This document shows, in pieces, positions 37,301-39,172 of a stretch of 39,172 nt of DNA. The notes under the pieces are model-generated. The model was not told the DNA's origin and did no database searches. It saw only the letters and a program-made list of their open reading frames with translations. This DNA is from Hadesarchaea archaeon (lineage in GTDB: Archaea; Hadarchaeota; Hadarchaeia; Hadarchaeales; WYZ-LMO6). Both the position numbers and the translations under genes were made by a program. The stretch is taken from assembly GCA_029259185.1 (NCBI GenBank), contig JAPDJF010000053.1, positions 1 through 39,172 on the forward strand. The letters run 5' to 3'. The number at the start of each line of letters is the position of its first letter. Within the stretch, counting starts at the first letter, position 1.

Positions 37301-38353
37301 ATGGGTGGGCTGGATTTCGAACTGGTGTGGTTCGACTCACTAGGTGCCAAGAGTTCCTGCACCCTAGTCAAAACGGCGGACGTAAACGTGCTCATCGACC
37401 CAGGGGTGGCAGTAATGCAACCGAGCTTTCCGGCCCCTCTAGCCAAGAAGATATACTGGTACGAACGTGCCAAGTCCGCCATCAAGCGAGCGGCCAAACT
37501 CGCAGATGTTGTTGTGATTTCCCACTACCACTATGACCACTTCACAGACTTCGACCGCAGTCTTTACGAAAAAAAACTCCTGCTCACAAAAAATCCAAAC
37601 GAATACATCAACGATTCCCAAAGGGGGCGCGCTGAACGTTTTTTCAGCAACCTCTATCGCACCTTTGGTGGGATTGAATTCGAAGAGATACTGCATAGGC
37701 GTAGACGAAAGACCTACAGTAATCCCCTCGACACCATCCCCCACGCACGTGAGAAAGACTTTGGCGATTACAACCGTCGCAGGAGAGAACTCTTTCGAAA
37801 CGGGTTGCGGTGGTTCAACGGGAGGGTAGCTCGCTGGAACTCTGAGAAATGGATCCCAGAGATGAGGCTTGGGGAAATAGAAGTAAAATTCGCAGAAAAT
37901 AGAGAGTTCAAGTTCGGGAGAACGGACATACGCTTTACCCCAGCCCTCTTCCATGGAATAGAGTTCTCTCGGGTGGGATGGGTTTTCGCCACCGTGATCA
38001 AACGTGGAAAACGGAAGTTCATCCATTCCTCGGATCTCGATGGGCCAATCATTGAAGACTACGCTGACTGGATCATCCGGGAGAACCCCGAAATACTCAT
38101 CCTTGACGGCCCGATGACGTACATGTTCGGATACACCCTCACGCGTACGACTCTGGGTCGCACGATAGAAAATGTCATCCGTATCCTCAAGGAGAGCTCT
38201 GTGAAGCTGATGATCTATGACCACCATCTCCCCCGTGAGCGTAAATTCAGGGAGAGAACGAGAGAAGTCTGGGAAACCGGAAAACGTGAGGGGAAGGAAG
38301 TTCTAACCGCCGCGGAATACTTGGGAAAAGTTCCCGTAGTACTTCAGAAATAG
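37301..38353 (+). CDS. Metallo-beta-lactamase fold hydrolase (archaeal)
   Basis: DSLGAKS, LIDPG, SHYHYDH, FHG, HSSD, DGP and DHHL motifs. ORF-track 5' extension runs into the MITE. Confidence 0.88.
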   Translation: MGGLDFELVWFDSLGAKSSCTLVKTADVNVLIDPGVAVMQPSFPAPLAKKIYWYERAKSAIKRAAKLADVVVISHYHYDHFTDFDRSLYEKKLLLTKNPNEYINDSQRGRAERFFSNLYRTFGGIEFEEILHRRRRKTYSNPLDTIPHAREKDFGDYNRRRRELFRNGLRWFNGRVARWNSEKWIPEMRLGEIEVKFAENREFKFGRTDIRFTPALFHGIEFSRVGWVFATVIKRGKRKFIHSSDLDGPIIEDYADWIIRENPEILILDGPMTYMFGYTLTRTTLGRTIENVIRILKESSVKLMIYDHHLPRERKFRERTREVWETGKREGKEVLTAAEYLGKVPVVLQK

Positions 38354-38366
38354 CTTCCAGAAGATC

Positions 38367-39017
38367 TCATGCTCGAACGGTTCCCCGCCCAGTCGACTCT
38401 ATGATCCGCTTAGCTGTCTTCCAAGATTTCCGTGCGAATTCAGGTAGATGCCCTCGTTCAAGCACCCACTTCCTCAGGAAGCTGATGGTGGTGGGATCCG
38501 AGCTATACCCGGAGCCAAACTGGCCATATTTCCTCTGGAGTTCTGCGATGCGCTCATCTCTCCTGACTTTAGCTATTATCGAAGCCGCACCCACCACCGT
38601 GTATTTCCTATCTGCGAAGTTCTCAACCACCAACTTCGGCTTGTGCTTGAGATACTTCGAGAGTCTCTTCTTGAACAAGTCAGGGTTCGGATCTGGAGAA
38701 TCCACATAAGCTATTTCAGGCTTCAACTCATCAAGGATCCGAGCGAAATTCTTTGCTTCCACCTCGTTAAGACCGAGCCTTTCGTTTAAACGAAGTTTGT
38801 CTATAGTCGAAGGAGAGAGTTCTATTATTTCGATCTTGCTAGCCCTCTGCTCGATTATCTTAGCTAGAAATGCCCGTCTCTGGGGGGAAAGGAGCTTGGA
38901 ATCCTTCACTCCAGATTCACTCAATTTTTCAAGTTCGTTTTTCCTCAGGAGGATACCGCACAACACCATCGGTCCAAGTACCGGCCCCCGCCCCGCCTCA
39001 TCAACACCCGCTATCAT
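38367..39017 (-). CDS. rnhB: Ribonuclease HII
   Basis: GVDEAGRGPVLGP, DSK, AASIIAKVRRD and GSGY motifs. Confidence 0.97.
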   Translation of the reverse strand: MIAGVDEAGRGPVLGPMVLCGILLRKNELEKLSESGVKDSKLLSPQRRAFLAKIIEQRASKIEIIELSPSTIDKLRLNERLGLNEVEAKNFARILDELKPEIAYVDSPDPNPDLFKKRLSKYLKHKPKLVVENFADRKYTVVGAASIIAKVRRDERIAELQRKYGQFGSGYSSDPTTISFLRKWVLERGHLPEFARKSWKTAKRIIESTGRGTVRA

Positions 39018-39171
39018 GTTTTTCCCTCAGCTCACCGAGAATGGGTATCCCTCGAATCACTTCAGCTGGGAGGATCTCCCATCTAATACCTAAGGGCTTG
39101 GGATGTCGGCGTTTGGTTTCGATTATGCGCTCGGGTGTCAAGATGAAGTCTACAGGCACGTCGTGATCGGT
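39001..39171 (-). CDS. 3' end of a 5-formyltetrahydrofolate cyclo-ligase paralog (COG0212), cut by the window edge
   Basis: Own translation: TDHDVPVDFILTPERIIETKRRHPKPLGIRWEILPAEVIRGIPILGEL... Confidence 0.8.
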   Translation of the reverse strand, partial: TDHDVPVDFILTPERIIETKRRHPKPLGIRWEILPAEVIRGIPILGELREKHDSGC

Positions 39172-39172
39172 C

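Noticed and set aside
184-39166. Many antisense and nested ORFs of 60-260 aa in the ORF track
   Set aside because: They shadow well-supported genes and show no recognisable motifs.

Overview
Archaeal chromosomal window, gene-dense and mostly core metabolism. The archaeal ribosomal, RNase P, prefoldin, CobY, CobZ and GatCAB genes support the domain assignment; a Hadarchaeota-like anaerobe is only a guess. Left to right: TsaC/Sua5, GTP-PEPCK, Lrp regulator plus HD hydrolase, tRNA-Gly(GCC), a 4-hydroxybutyryl-CoA dehydratase-like gene, the nep1-rnp4-rps19e-PDCD5-rpl39e-rpl31e-aIF6-pfdA-ftsY cluster, gatCAB, a divergent cobamide locus (cobD-cbiB-cobT-cobZ-cobS-cobY opposite btuFCD plus three uncharacterised enzymes), a small winged-helix cluster behind an AT-rich repeat region, a pyrFEBI-K-C-D-G operon, an MBL hydrolase and rnhB. 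Most interesting: (1) the btu operon continues into two glutaminase-less N-type ATP pyrophosphatases and a radical SAM enzyme, a candidate corrinoid repair or remodelling module with a bidirectional TATA and a perfect palindromic operator; (2) a two-copy MITE-like element, one copy sitting where rpl18a/LX normally lies; (3) scattered IS607/TnpB relics; (4) two conserved genes (cobZ, gatB) with no canonical start codon at the expected position. All calls are from reading motifs by eye; no searches were run.
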